DNA of 32,000 nucleotides, from the NCBI RefSeq assembly GCF_000260965.1, contig NC_017856.1, positions 2,550,001 through 2,582,000 of the forward strand. The letters run 5' to 3'. The DNA comes from Methylophaga frappieri. GTDB taxonomy: Bacteria > Pseudomonadota > Gammaproteobacteria > Nitrosococcales > Methylophagaceae. The position numbers and the translations under genes are program-made. Below are positions 1 to 9,225 of this stretch, piece after piece (position 1 is the first letter of the stretch; each line of letters begins with the position of its first letter). The notes under the pieces were generated by a model. It was not told the DNA's origin. It saw only the letters and a program-made list of their open reading frames with translations, and did not search any database.

Positions 1-1
1 G

Positions 2-970
2 TCAAATCCGACTTTGATGATGAGTTACTGTGTCACGGGCTTACTGTTTGCCTTAACTTTTTTGAAAACCAGAAAAATGCTGCCGAGATTGCACTGGATG
101 GTAAGCGGCTTTTGTGTGCTGATGGTGGTGGGCTTCGTCGGTGCTTTTTATGCTGACTGGATTCAGGTGGCATTGGTGCTGGCTTTTATTTTTATATTGC
201 TATTTGCTTGTTTGATGATCGTGCTTGGTGTGCTGGCTATCAAAGCCGGTAATCCATCAGGCCGTTTCTTTTTGTTGGCATCGATCGTTTCCATGCTGAC
301 GGCGGCCGTATCGTCATTGTCGGTCTGGGGCTGGATACCTTATTCGTTCTGGACCTTCCGTGCGGTTGAGGCTGGGACAATGGTCGAGGCGGTGTTATTG
401 GCGCTGGCTCTCGCAGATCACTTTCGACGGGTCGAAAAACACAAAACCCGAGCCGAGGGCTTGGCGCGAACGGATCCGTTAACGGGTATTTACAACCGAC
501 GCGCATTTTATGATCAGGTCAGATCGCTATGGTTAGCCGGTATGACTGAGGGAAAGCCGATGTCTTTGTTGTTGATAGATCTAGACAATTTTAAGCAAGT
601 GAATGATAACTATGGACATCAGGTGGGCGATGAGGTTTTGGCAAAAACAGCCAAAGTCGTTGAGGCTTCGTTACGCAACGAGGATGTGCTGGCACGATGG
701 GGTGGTGAGGAATTTATTGTTTTTATGCCGAACACGAGCTTATCTGATGCCCTTCGGGTTGCTGAACGTATTCGATTTCAGATTTCGGCACTGGCCGCAC
801 AGTTTGATACAACGCAAAAGATGCAACTGAGTGCCAGCCTAGGGGTCGTTGATAATCGATCTGCCGCTGATTCACTTGAATCGCTTATCAAAGCCGCAGA
901 CCAATGTTTATACCATGCAAAAAATGGTGGCCGTAATTGCGTTATCTCAGCCAGTCTTAGTGCAGTCTAA
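2..970 (+). CDS. Diguanylate cyclase: 7TMR-DISM-type membrane domain + GGDEF domain, 5'-truncated by the window edge
   Basis: The frame is open from nt 2 and the first ATG is at 14. About five TM helices end in LALALADHFRR, which is typical of the 7TMR-DISM 7TM module, so the N-terminus probably lies outside the window. GGEEF active site at 701-715. RNED I-site (RxxD) at 674-685, five residues upstream of GGEEF as in PleD. Confidence 0.85.
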   Translation, partial: SNPTLMMSYCVTGLLFALTFLKTRKMLPRLHWMVSGFCVLMVVGFVGAFYADWIQVALVLAFIFILLFACLMIVLGVLAIKAGNPSGRFFLLASIVSMLTAAVSSLSVWGWIPYSFWTFRAVEAGTMVEAVLLALALADHFRRVEKHKTRAEGLARTDPLTGIYNRRAFYDQVRSLWLAGMTEGKPMSLLLIDLDNFKQVNDNYGHQVGDEVLAKTAKVVEASLRNEDVLARWGGEEFIVFMPNTSLSDALRVAERIRFQISALAAQFDTTQKMQLSASLGVVDNRSAADSLESLIKAADQCLYHAKNGGRNCVISASLSAV

Positions 971-1004
971 ATCGGTTAATCAATGCGCTTTTGTTAATAT
1001 TCGC

Positions 1005-2408
1005 TCAATATTTATTATAAAGGCTTTCATAAAACGATTTTTCAAAGACCCGAATAGGCTTACGGGCGATATTCCGATTTTGGCTTTGAGGATGATAGTT
1101 ACTGATGATCTGAACAAAGGTGAGCGATTTACCGGACTTGGTTTTAATACGTCCAGCCAGATTGTAGACGCCGTGAAGCGACCCGGTTTTGGCCGTGACC
1201 TTGCCTTTTAACGGTGCATTGACGAGACTGGGACGCCATTGCAGTGTCCCGGAGACGCCGGATACCGGTAAGGTGTCGATCATGCCGGCTTCTGGATGTT
1301 GAAAAATATAATTAACGACGCGCATCATTTGTCGCGGCGTCATCTTGTTATTTCTGGATAAACCAGAACCATCCATAATCTCTGCTGTACCGATATCGAC
1401 GTTATGTTCGTTAAGAATAGCTTTGATAGCAGCGGCACCGTTTTCAAAACTGCCTGCCGTACTGAAATAACGTGCACCAATGGTTTTCAGCAGATTATCG
1501 GCAATAAGGTTGTCCGATTTTTTCACCATTTCGTCAATCAGCTTGGCCAGTGGCGCAGACTGGTGGCGGAGGATAATGTCACCCCGCAGTTGATCATTTC
1601 GGATCAGTTTACCATGCAGGGTAATGCCGACCCGGGCTAATTCTTCTCGCAAAATCGCGGTCATGACTTTTTCCGGATTTTGAACGGATAGATGGAAATT
1701 GACGGGTAAACGATGCACGCCGACACAGCCGCCAACTTGATAATGGTTGTTGTTATCGGCAGTTAATTTCAGTTCGCAGTCGATATTATCGGTATTGAGA
1801 CCTTCCCGTAGGTGAATACGGTTTGTGTCAATTGTGACGCGATCAGAGGCACTGACTTTTACCGCGGTTACTGGTGCTTCGCTGGTTGCCTCAAGTTTGC
1901 CGTAAACGCAGTTGCCATTCAGAGTAAAAGCGCTGGACGGGGCACTATAGCAGATGCCCATAATATCCCAAGGCAAACCAATAGCGCGTTCGAATGGTTC
2001 AAAAATACCCCCATTGAGAATCAGGTTACCGTGAATTTCAGGGTGTTGTGTTTTCAGCTTCTCTACCAAAACCCGCAAATCTGTGTGCGTAAAACTGGGA
2101 TCGCCACCAAGACGAACAATAATATCTTTGCCTCGGGATTCGATTGTAGTATCAAATCGAAAGTCATCTTTCAGATACAGTTTCCCGGCCAAGGCGGTTA
2201 CCAGCTTTTGCAAACTGGCCGGTTGTTGAAACTGATCGGCGCGTTCTGCGTATATTTCATTGCCATTAGTGGTATCCACTACCATGAGTGCCACATCAGC
2301 GTTGGGTGGCGTCGGGATATCAGCAAGATCAGGGTGAGAAAAAAGTGCATTGGCTGTGACTGGCAGCAGGCATCCCAACATCAGGATAAAGGCAGCATAA
2401 CGTGACAT
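1005..2408 (-). CDS. dacB: D-alanyl-D-alanine carboxypeptidase/endopeptidase, PBP4 family
   Basis: 467 aa with an N-terminal signal peptide. The penicillin-binding motifs occur in PBP4 order and spacing: SxxK (PASLQKL, about aa 65), SxN (KKSDNL, about aa 308), KTG (AKTGSL, about aa 416). Confidence 0.88.
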   Translation of the reverse strand: MSRYAAFILMLGCLLPVTANALFSHPDLADIPTPPNADVALMVVDTTNGNEIYAERADQFQQPASLQKLVTALAGKLYLKDDFRFDTTIESRGKDIIVRLGGDPSFTHTDLRVLVEKLKTQHPEIHGNLILNGGIFEPFERAIGLPWDIMGICYSAPSSAFTLNGNCVYGKLEATSEAPVTAVKVSASDRVTIDTNRIHLREGLNTDNIDCELKLTADNNNHYQVGGCVGVHRLPVNFHLSVQNPEKVMTAILREELARVGITLHGKLIRNDQLRGDIILRHQSAPLAKLIDEMVKKSDNLIADNLLKTIGARYFSTAGSFENGAAAIKAILNEHNVDIGTAEIMDGSGLSRNNKMTPRQMMRVVNYIFQHPEAGMIDTLPVSGVSGTLQWRPSLVNAPLKGKVTAKTGSLHGVYNLAGRIKTKSGKSLTFVQIISNYHPQSQNRNIARKPIRVFEKSFYESLYNKY

Positions 2409-2518
2409 AAAAACCTGTGAAAATAATTAAGCAAGCGAATGACCGCACAGCCTAGCACGAAATTTGACAAGAGATTTAAAATCTCCTTTCAGCAAGCTGA
2501 ATTAGGTTGAGATATAGT

Positions 2519-3088
2519 ATGGAAATAACATCAAGTTTTATTGCTATCTTATTAACTATATTAGGTTTTACTCCGTACATAGCCATGATTTTTAGGCGAA
2601 AAATTCGGCCGCGGATAATTTCTTGGTGTGTTTGGACGCTAGTCACAACGGGGGTTTTTATCGGGCAAATGCTGGATGGCGCGGGGGTTGGCAGTTGGCC
2701 CATTGGGTTATCGGCATTATTCAGTTGCTGTGTTGCCATATTAGCGGTGAGATGCGGGGACAATAGCGGTGTTGATTTTCACGACTGGCTTGTGTTCATG
2801 TGGGCATTATTGGCCTTTCCACTTTGGTGGCTTGTAGGGGACCCAGTCGTTGCCGTGGTTATCTTAACTTTGGTGGATGTGTCCGGGTTTATCCCGACAA
2901 TCCGTCAAATCCGGGATCAGCCAGACAGCGAGTCAGCGTGGTTTTTTACCTTGTTCGCTATTCGGAATGGCTTGGTTTTATTGGCACTTGAGCATTATTC
3001 TTTAACGACAGCATTGTTCCCTGCCGTGATTGGCATCGCCTGCCTGATTGTGGTGGGGTGCCTGTTGTATTTTCGTGGCAGATATTAA
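2519..3088 (+). CDS. Small polytopic (about 7 TM) membrane protein, possible PQ-loop/SWEET-like 3+1+3 fold
   Basis: The track ORF starts at TTG 2507; the first ATG is at 2519. It is hydrophobic throughout. Two similarly placed motifs follow TM1 and TM5: GFTPYIAMIFRRK and GFIPTIRQIRDQ. Confidence 0.6.
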   Translation: MEITSSFIAILLTILGFTPYIAMIFRRKIRPRIISWCVWTLVTTGVFIGQMLDGAGVGSWPIGLSALFSCCVAILAVRCGDNSGVDFHDWLVFMWALLAFPLWWLVGDPVVAVVILTLVDVSGFIPTIRQIRDQPDSESAWFFTLFAIRNGLVLLALEHYSLTTALFPAVIGIACLIVVGCLLYFRGRY

Positions 3089-3119
3089 GTGAATAAAACG
3101 ACCATATTTTGCTAACCGT

Positions 3120-3143
3120 GACTTAAGTCGTTAATATTAAGTC
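3120..3143. promoter_or_regulatory. Candidate operator upstream of the metal-efflux operon (adjacent palindromes)
   Basis: GACTTAAGTC (3120-3129) is a perfect 10-bp palindrome. TTAATATTAA (3131-3140) is a second one. TTAAGTC recurs with 14-bp spacing. The site lies 20-40 bp upstream of ATG 3163. No regulator gene is visible nearby. Confidence 0.3.
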
Positions 3144-3162
3144 AAATTCAATAGGGCTACTC

Positions 3163-3486
3163 ATGTCTCGACCATTGAGCTATTTGCAGGCAATGTTACT
3201 GATAATCTGCATGGTGTTTACCAGCGGTGTCAGTGCGTATTTGCATGTTGGTGAGCATCTGCATGGTCAAGAGACGGGGTTGGCTCATCACCATTCTGCC
3301 GAGGCGCATGAGCAGCATCAACAAGATGTTGATCATGAACATCATTTTCATCTCCATATGGTAGGTGACTTGCACAGCCAGCCTGTTATTTCGCACACGG
3401 CACGTAAGCTAACAGCGTTGCCGCCAACGCAACCGTTATTTCCGTCTTTAGCGGCAGCACCACCAATTCCACCACCCAACGCATAA
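3163..3486 (+). CDS. Small secreted histidine-rich protein (CzcI-like position; putative periplasmic metal-binding or regulatory protein)
   Basis: 107 aa with an N-terminal signal-like hydrophobic segment. It has 15 His residues, 14 of them within about 45 residues (HVGEHLHG...AHHHSAEAHEQHQQDVDHEHHFHLH). The tail is Pro-rich. It sits directly upstream of czcCBA-like genes. Confidence 0.65.
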   Translation: MSRPLSYLQAMLLIICMVFTSGVSAYLHVGEHLHGQETGLAHHHSAEAHEQHQQDVDHEHHFHLHMVGDLHSQPVISHTARKLTALPPTQPLFPSLAAAPPIPPPNA

Positions 3487-3554
3487 CGCCAAAAACTGTT
3501 AATTCAACTGTTTTTTGCTGAGCCATTAGGGCATCAGCATGATGGAGAAGTGAT

Positions 3555-4841
3555 ATGCGTGTGCCAATCAGTGGGATATTTCCCCGTATAGGGCTGTTTA
3601 CGTTATTTGTCATTGGCAATCTGATGATGATTAATTCGGTAAACGCCAACCAGCTAACTACGGCAATGGCCGTCGAACGAACTTTGTTACATAGCCCGGT
3701 GTTGCAACATTATCCTTATCAGCAGCAAGTTATTGCTGCTGATATGCAGCAAGCGGGCTTGAGTCCTAACCCAAAGTTGCAGGGCAGTTTGGAAAATATT
3801 CTGGGAACAGGAGAAACCAGCGCCTTTAAAAATGCCGAAATAACCTTATCAATCAGTCAGTTAATTGAAATGGGTGCAAAGCGGCAACAACGAGTCAATG
3901 TTGCCAATGCCAGGCAGCCATCATTAACTCAGCAGTATGAAATGCAGCGGCTTGATGTGGTAGCGCAAACGTTGCGTCAATACTATCAAGCACTGCGTTT
4001 GGATGCCTTATTGCAATGGAATCAACGGCGTATTGATTACCAGCAAGAGGCGCTGACGGTGATCAAACGCCGGGCAGAGGCGGGTGCGGTTGGCAACGCG
4101 GATGTTTTACAAATGCAACTGCGGCTTACCCGTGCTGAAAACCAACAAAAGCAATTTGCAAATCAACGCCGACTAGCACATCAAAAACTGGCGGCAAACT
4201 GGGCTGATGAGCCGGATTTTAACAGTCTGGCAGGCAACTTGATGGCAGTGCCTGTGATACCGGACAAAGCCCTCCTGATGCAAGCGATCTCCAATACACC
4301 GGCATATCTCCAAGTGGCCGCTAGCGCTCGATTGCGTGAAGCCCAGATTGCGCTGGCAGACGCCGAGTCGATCGCTGATCTTACGGTAAGTGCCGGTTTT
4401 CGCCGTTTTGAAGGCACAAATGACCATGCGCTGGTTTTTGGGTTTTCCATGCCATTGCAGCTGCAGAATCGTAACCAAGGCAATATCGCTCGTGCCAATG
4501 CGCTGTATCAACAGGAATTACAGACCATGACGCTGACCACGACGCAAATCAGTCTGGCGCTAGCAGAGATACACCTTGCCATGCAAAACAATCAGTTATT
4601 GACGCAGAGCTTAACTGAGGCGGTTCGCCCAGTCAGTAAAGCCTTGTTAGACAGTGTTGCCAAAGGCTATGAGCTCGGTCAATACAGTGTTTTGCAATGG
4701 GTTGATGCGCAGCATGAGTTGTTTGCTGTTGAGCGTGAATTAATAGAAACACGCGTCGCTATGCATTTACAACTGCTCGAATTGGAGCGGCTGACAGGAA
4801 ACGCATTGCATGCTGACTCTGACCAGTTCATTCAGGAGTAA
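3555..4841 (+). CDS. czcC: Outer membrane efflux protein, TolC/OEP family (CzcC-like)
   Basis: 428 aa. GGAGAAG RBS before the ATG and a signal peptide. Long helical-repeat composition typical of OEP family proteins. The stop at 4839-4841 abuts the adaptor gene. Confidence 0.8.
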   Translation: MRVPISGIFPRIGLFTLFVIGNLMMINSVNANQLTTAMAVERTLLHSPVLQHYPYQQQVIAADMQQAGLSPNPKLQGSLENILGTGETSAFKNAEITLSISQLIEMGAKRQQRVNVANARQPSLTQQYEMQRLDVVAQTLRQYYQALRLDALLQWNQRRIDYQQEALTVIKRRAEAGAVGNADVLQMQLRLTRAENQQKQFANQRRLAHQKLAANWADEPDFNSLAGNLMAVPVIPDKALLMQAISNTPAYLQVAASARLREAQIALADAESIADLTVSAGFRRFEGTNDHALVFGFSMPLQLQNRNQGNIARANALYQQELQTMTLTTTQISLALAEIHLAMQNNQLLTQSLTEAVRPVSKALLDSVAKGYELGQYSVLQWVDAQHELFAVERELIETRVAMHLQLLELERLTGNALHADSDQFIQE

Positions 4842-4845
4842 ACCG

Positions 4846-6063
4846 ATGAAAATGTTGCTCTTTATATTTCTGTTGTTATCGGGCCAGTTTGTGGCCGCGG
4901 CAGAAGATCATGACCATCACGATCATAAAGAAACAGAGTCAGAGGAAGGCCCGCATCAGGGTCACTTACTGCGCTCAGAAGAACTCACCCTGGAAATGAC
5001 GATTTATGAACACGGTGTGGCGCCGGAAATGCGAGTTTATGCCTATCATGATGGACAGCCGGTTAACCCTGAAGACGTAACCTTGTCAGTGATCTTGAAT
5101 CGATTGGGTGGCGAACAAGAGATTATTGATTTTACTCCCGAGCAGGATTACTTGTTGGGGGGTGTGGTCATCACGGAGCCACATTCCTATGAAGTCGAGG
5201 TCTCAGCCACTTTTGACGGTGAAGACTTTCACTGGCACTACGATAATTTTGAGGGTCGGGTCGTATTAACACCCAGACTTATTGCCGCCTCAGGTATTCG
5301 CACTGAGATTGCTGAGCCGCAAGTATTGGCAATCACCAATTCGCTTTACGGCGTAATTGCCCCTGCAGAAGATAGACAATACCGGATATTTGCGCCTTAC
5401 CCGGGCATTGTTGAAACCGTTTACGTTAACACTGGCGATAACGTTAAAAAAGGACAAAAACTGGTCACAGTCCGAAATCAGCAAACCCTGAAAAGCTACG
5501 ATATTAACAGCCCGGCATCAGGGCAGATCACGAAACGTAATGTGCAAATCGGCGATCACTCGGCGATGGCAAATATGATGGAAATAAGTGACTTAAGCCA
5601 GGTTTGGGTAGATATGTCAATGTTTCCCAAGGACATTGAACAATTACGTACCGGTATGTCTGTTGTCGTAAAAGATTTACATGGTCATGAACAAGCACTT
5701 GGCAAGATTAATTATATTGCACCGGTAATGACTGGCGGTCATATCGCCAGTGCCCGGGCTGTTATCGATAATAAGACCGGATATTGGCGGCCGGGCATGC
5801 ATGTCAATGCTGAGGTGATGGTTGAAGAAAAACCGGTTGCCTTAGCAGTTAAAAAAAGTGCGATTCAACAGTTTCGAGACAAGCCAGTGGTTTTTATCCG
5901 TGTCGGTGACACCTTCGAGGTGCGTATGGTTGAAATGGGCCGTCGGGATGAGACCTATGTGGAAATTACGAGCGGGTTAACCCCGCAATCAACCTATGTG
6001 ACAGACAACAGTTATCTGCTCCGTGCAGAGGTACTCAAAGCGGGTGCGACGCACGCACACTAA
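4846..6063 (+). CDS. czcB: RND efflux periplasmic adaptor (CzcB-like) with a His-rich N-terminus
   Basis: Start placed at ATG 4846 (AGGAG at 4834-4838) rather than the track start at 4810. The signal/anchor MKMLLFIFLLLSGQFVAA is followed by EDHDHHDHKETESEEGPHQGH. The rest has membrane-fusion-protein (barrel-sandwich/beta-barrel) character. Confidence 0.8.
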   Translation: MKMLLFIFLLLSGQFVAAAEDHDHHDHKETESEEGPHQGHLLRSEELTLEMTIYEHGVAPEMRVYAYHDGQPVNPEDVTLSVILNRLGGEQEIIDFTPEQDYLLGGVVITEPHSYEVEVSATFDGEDFHWHYDNFEGRVVLTPRLIAASGIRTEIAEPQVLAITNSLYGVIAPAEDRQYRIFAPYPGIVETVYVNTGDNVKKGQKLVTVRNQQTLKSYDINSPASGQITKRNVQIGDHSAMANMMEISDLSQVWVDMSMFPKDIEQLRTGMSVVVKDLHGHEQALGKINYIAPVMTGGHIASARAVIDNKTGYWRPGMHVNAEVMVEEKPVALAVKKSAIQQFRDKPVVFIRVGDTFEVRMVEMGRRDETYVEITSGLTPQSTYVTDNSYLLRAEVLKAGATHAH

Positions 6064-6072
6064 GGACAGATA

Positions 6073-9000
6073 ATGGTTAATTTAATTGTAAAGTTTGCCA
6101 TTCAGCAACGCTGGTTGGTGTTATTGATGACCCTGTTTATCGGTGGTTTAGGGGGTTATAACATGCTTCAACTTCCGGTCGATGCGGTACCGGATATCAC
6201 CAATAACCAAGTACAAATCAATACGGAGTTGCCGGGTTTTTCACCACTAGAAGCTGAGCAACGTGTGACGTATTTGGTCGAAAATGCCATGGCTGGCTTA
6301 CCAAATCTCGACTATACCCGCTCCATATCTCGCTATGGCTTGTCTCAAGTCACGGTTGTGTTTGATGAATCAGTCGATATTTATCTGGGACGCCAACAAA
6401 TCAGTGAGCGCCTGCAAGCAATTCGGGGCGACTTGCCGGTTGGGGCTGAGCCACAAATGGGGCCAGTAGCCAGTGGTCTGGGTGAAATATTTACCTATGC
6501 TGTGCGGGCTAAGACAGGCGCACTGCGTGCCGATGGGCAGTCCTATACCCCCGAAGATTTGCGGACAATACAAGACTGGATTATCCGACCACAGTTGGTC
6601 AAAGTACCCGGTGTCACTGAAATAAACAGTGTTGGCGGTTATGAGCGTATTTATCAAGTTGCCCCAAAGCCGGATCACCTCTTGGCATATAAGATCAGCA
6701 TGGCGGAATTATCGGCTGCGCTGCAGAACAACAACCAAAATGTCGGAGCAGGCTATATTGAACGCTATGGCGAGCAGTGGTTAGTTCGCTCTCCCGGTCA
6801 ATTACAGTCCTTAGCCGATATACGAAATGTGGTCATTCGTAAGCTTGACGACACGCCGGTAAGGGTAAGCGATGTCGCGGATGTGTCTTTAGGCAAACAA
6901 CTGCGTACCGGCGCGGCAACACTGGATGGGCAAGAAACGGTTCTGGGCACTGCGATGATGCTGCTGGGAGAAAATAGCCGGATAGTGGCCCGTGCCGTAG
7001 CGGAGAAACTGGTTCAAGTAAATCAAAGCTTGCCGGAAGGTATCGTTGCTGAAGCTGTTTATGATAGGACGACACTCGTTGATAAAACCATCCAGACGGT
7101 TCAAAAAAACCTGCTTGAAGGTGCCTTACTGGTTATCGTCGTGTTGTTCTTATTACTTGGTAATATCCGCGCTGCCTTGATAACCGCACTGGTTATTCCG
7201 CTCAGCATGTTATTTGCTGTGACCGGCATGGTCAGTAATAAAATTTCCGGTAACTTGATGAGTCTGGGCGCGATTGATTTTGGGCTGATCGTTGATGGCG
7301 CCGTGATTGTGGTCGAAAATGCCTTGTCACGCCTTAGTCTGGCGCAACAGCGCTTTGGGCGATTATTAACCTTATCAGAACGATTACAAACCGTCTCGGA
7401 GAGTACGCGGGAGGTCTTTAATCCAGCCGTGTTCGGTATGTTAATCATCATGCTGGTTTACCTGCCTTTGTTTGCCTTGTCAGGCGTGGAAGGCAAAATG
7501 TTCCAGCCAATGGCTTTTACCGTCATCGCGGCGCTGACTGGCGCGTTGATTTTTGCCGTGACTTTCGTGCCGGCCGCCATTGCGGTGTTTGTGACGGGGA
7601 GGGTATCTGAAAAAGAAAATTTCCTGATGCGATTTGCCCGACGCATTTATCAGCCTTTTTTAACGATCGCCTTGAAATTACCCTTTGTTGTTACGGTTAC
7701 AGCGTTAATATTTGTTATTTTCGTCAGTAGCTTAATTCCCCGCTTGGGCAGTGAGTTTTTGCCGCAGTTAGATGAAGGTGATGTTGCTTTACATGCATTA
7801 AGGATCACTGGAACCGGGCTTGAGCAATCGGTAAAAATGCAAAAGCAGTTGGACAGGGTGATTCGTGACTTTGATGAAGTGGAACGGGTATTTTCGAAAA
7901 TTGGCACACCTGATATTGCCACGGATCCGATGCCACCGAGTGTTGCTGATACCTTTGTCATTGTAAAACCGCAATCTGAGTGGCCGGATCCGCAGCAAAG
8001 CAAAGCCACGTTTTTATCCAAACTACGGGAAGCGGTTGAAGCAGTACCGGGCAATAAATATGAGTTTACCCAGCCAATTGAGATGCGTTTTAACGAACTC
8101 ATCGCCGGTGTTCGGGCTGACGTTGCCATTCGAATATATGGTGATGACCTGGATATTTTGGCCGAGCTTGGTGAACAAACAAGTTCGGTTATTCAGCTAA
8201 TTGAGGGCGCCCGAGATGTTCGGATGGAACAGGTCACCGGATTGTCCATGTTGTCAATTAACCCGCAACGCGATCACCTGGCATTACTGGGGTTAAACAT
8301 TTCGGCCTTACAGGATGCTTTGCAAATGGCGATGGGCGGGCAGGAACTCGGGCTGATTTATGAAGGCGATAAACGCTTTAAATTAGTGATGCGGTTTGAT
8401 GAAACGAAACGTCAAAATGTGGCTTACCTGGAAAAATTACCGGTTGCATTGCCGGAAAACGGCGACCCGGATCTATCCTACGTGCCATTGGGCGAAGTTG
8501 CCGATATCGAAGAAGTCAGCGCGCCAAGCCAAATCAACCGGGAAAGTGGCAAACGTAATGTCATCGTTAGTGCCAATGTCAGCGATGATCGGGATTTGGG
8601 GTCATTTATCGCTGAAGTTCAGCAAAAACTGCCCGATCAGGTTAACTATCCTGCCGGTTATTGGGTGGAGTATGGTGGCTCGTTTGAACAGCTGCAATCT
8701 GCACAAAAACGCTTATTGATTGTGGTACCGGTCACGTTGTTCGTCATTCTGGTTTTACTGTTTATGGCATTCAAATCCTTGCGTGATACCTTGCTTGTTT
8801 TCACTGGCGTTCCGTTGGCGTTGACCGGCGGGGTGCTGGCATTGTTCTGGCGGGAAATGCCCTTATCGGTTTCGGCAGCCGTTGGTTTTATTGCGCTTTC
8901 GGGCATCGCGGTATTGAACGGTATTGTTATGCTGATTTTTATTCGACAGTTGTGGGCACAGGGAAAGTCACTCCGAACAGCGGTGTTTGAAGGGGCAATG

Positions 9001-9210
9001 CAACGACTAAGACCTGTATTGATGACGGCATTAGTCGCAAGTCTTGGTTTCTTGCCAATGGCCTTGAATACGGGAACCGGTGCGGAAGTACAGCGGCCAC
9101 TGGCCACCGTCGTTGTGGGCGGCATTCTGTCCTCAACGATATTAACGTTGCTGGTATTGCCGGCTTTATATTTTCTGATGCATCGGTTTAGCAAGCAACA
9201 CGCCCATTAA
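6073..9210 (+). CDS. czcA: Heavy-metal efflux RND pump, CzcA family (HME-RND, divalent-cation type)
   Basis: 1045 aa with a 12-TM RND layout. The TM4 motif DFGLIVDGAVIVVEN at aa 402-416 (nt 7276-7320) fits the HME signature DFGx3DGAx3VEN. D402/D408/E415 sit at the CzcA proton-relay positions. Confidence 0.92.
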   Translation: MVNLIVKFAIQQRWLVLLMTLFIGGLGGYNMLQLPVDAVPDITNNQVQINTELPGFSPLEAEQRVTYLVENAMAGLPNLDYTRSISRYGLSQVTVVFDESVDIYLGRQQISERLQAIRGDLPVGAEPQMGPVASGLGEIFTYAVRAKTGALRADGQSYTPEDLRTIQDWIIRPQLVKVPGVTEINSVGGYERIYQVAPKPDHLLAYKISMAELSAALQNNNQNVGAGYIERYGEQWLVRSPGQLQSLADIRNVVIRKLDDTPVRVSDVADVSLGKQLRTGAATLDGQETVLGTAMMLLGENSRIVARAVAEKLVQVNQSLPEGIVAEAVYDRTTLVDKTIQTVQKNLLEGALLVIVVLFLLLGNIRAALITALVIPLSMLFAVTGMVSNKISGNLMSLGAIDFGLIVDGAVIVVENALSRLSLAQQRFGRLLTLSERLQTVSESTREVFNPAVFGMLIIMLVYLPLFALSGVEGKMFQPMAFTVIAALTGALIFAVTFVPAAIAVFVTGRVSEKENFLMRFARRIYQPFLTIALKLPFVVTVTALIFVIFVSSLIPRLGSEFLPQLDEGDVALHALRITGTGLEQSVKMQKQLDRVIRDFDEVERVFSKIGTPDIATDPMPPSVADTFVIVKPQSEWPDPQQSKATFLSKLREAVEAVPGNKYEFTQPIEMRFNELIAGVRADVAIRIYGDDLDILAELGEQTSSVIQLIEGARDVRMEQVTGLSMLSINPQRDHLALLGLNISALQDALQMAMGGQELGLIYEGDKRFKLVMRFDETKRQNVAYLEKLPVALPENGDPDLSYVPLGEVADIEEVSAPSQINRESGKRNVIVSANVSDDRDLGSFIAEVQQKLPDQVNYPAGYWVEYGGSFEQLQSAQKRLLIVVPVTLFVILVLLFMAFKSLRDTLLVFTGVPLALTGGVLALFWREMPLSVSAAVGFIALSGIAVLNGIVMLIFIRQLWAQGKSLRTAVFEGAMQRLRPVLMTALVASLGFLPMALNTGTGAEVQRPLATVVVGGILSSTILTLLVLPALYFLMHRFSKQHAH

Positions 9211-9225
9211 TTTAGCAGGCTCGTT

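Noticed and set aside
1404-2405. Plus-strand ORFs 1404-1640 and 1812-2405, and ORF 849-1211
   Set aside because: These are antisense to or overlapping dacB, which carries all three PBP motifs. ORF 849-1211 overlaps the GGDEF gene end and the dacB end with no RBS.
3555-4841. The TolC-family gene as the outer-membrane component of the T1SS at 24-32 kb
   Set aside because: It is embedded in, and translationally adjacent to, the czcBA genes 20 kb away. The simplest reading is a dedicated CzcC.
6284-9194. Nested ORFs inside czcA on both strands (for example 6370-6678, 7101-7451, 7650-8129, 8396-8719, 8658-9194)
   Set aside because: They lie entirely within a 1045-aa ORF that has clear RND family motifs. 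They have odd compositions and no start signals, so they are frame shadows.
9211-9225. yybP-ykoY manganese riboswitch in front of mntP
   Set aside because: Only 15 nt separate the czcA stop from the mntP ATG. That is far too short for the roughly 100+ nt riboswitch.
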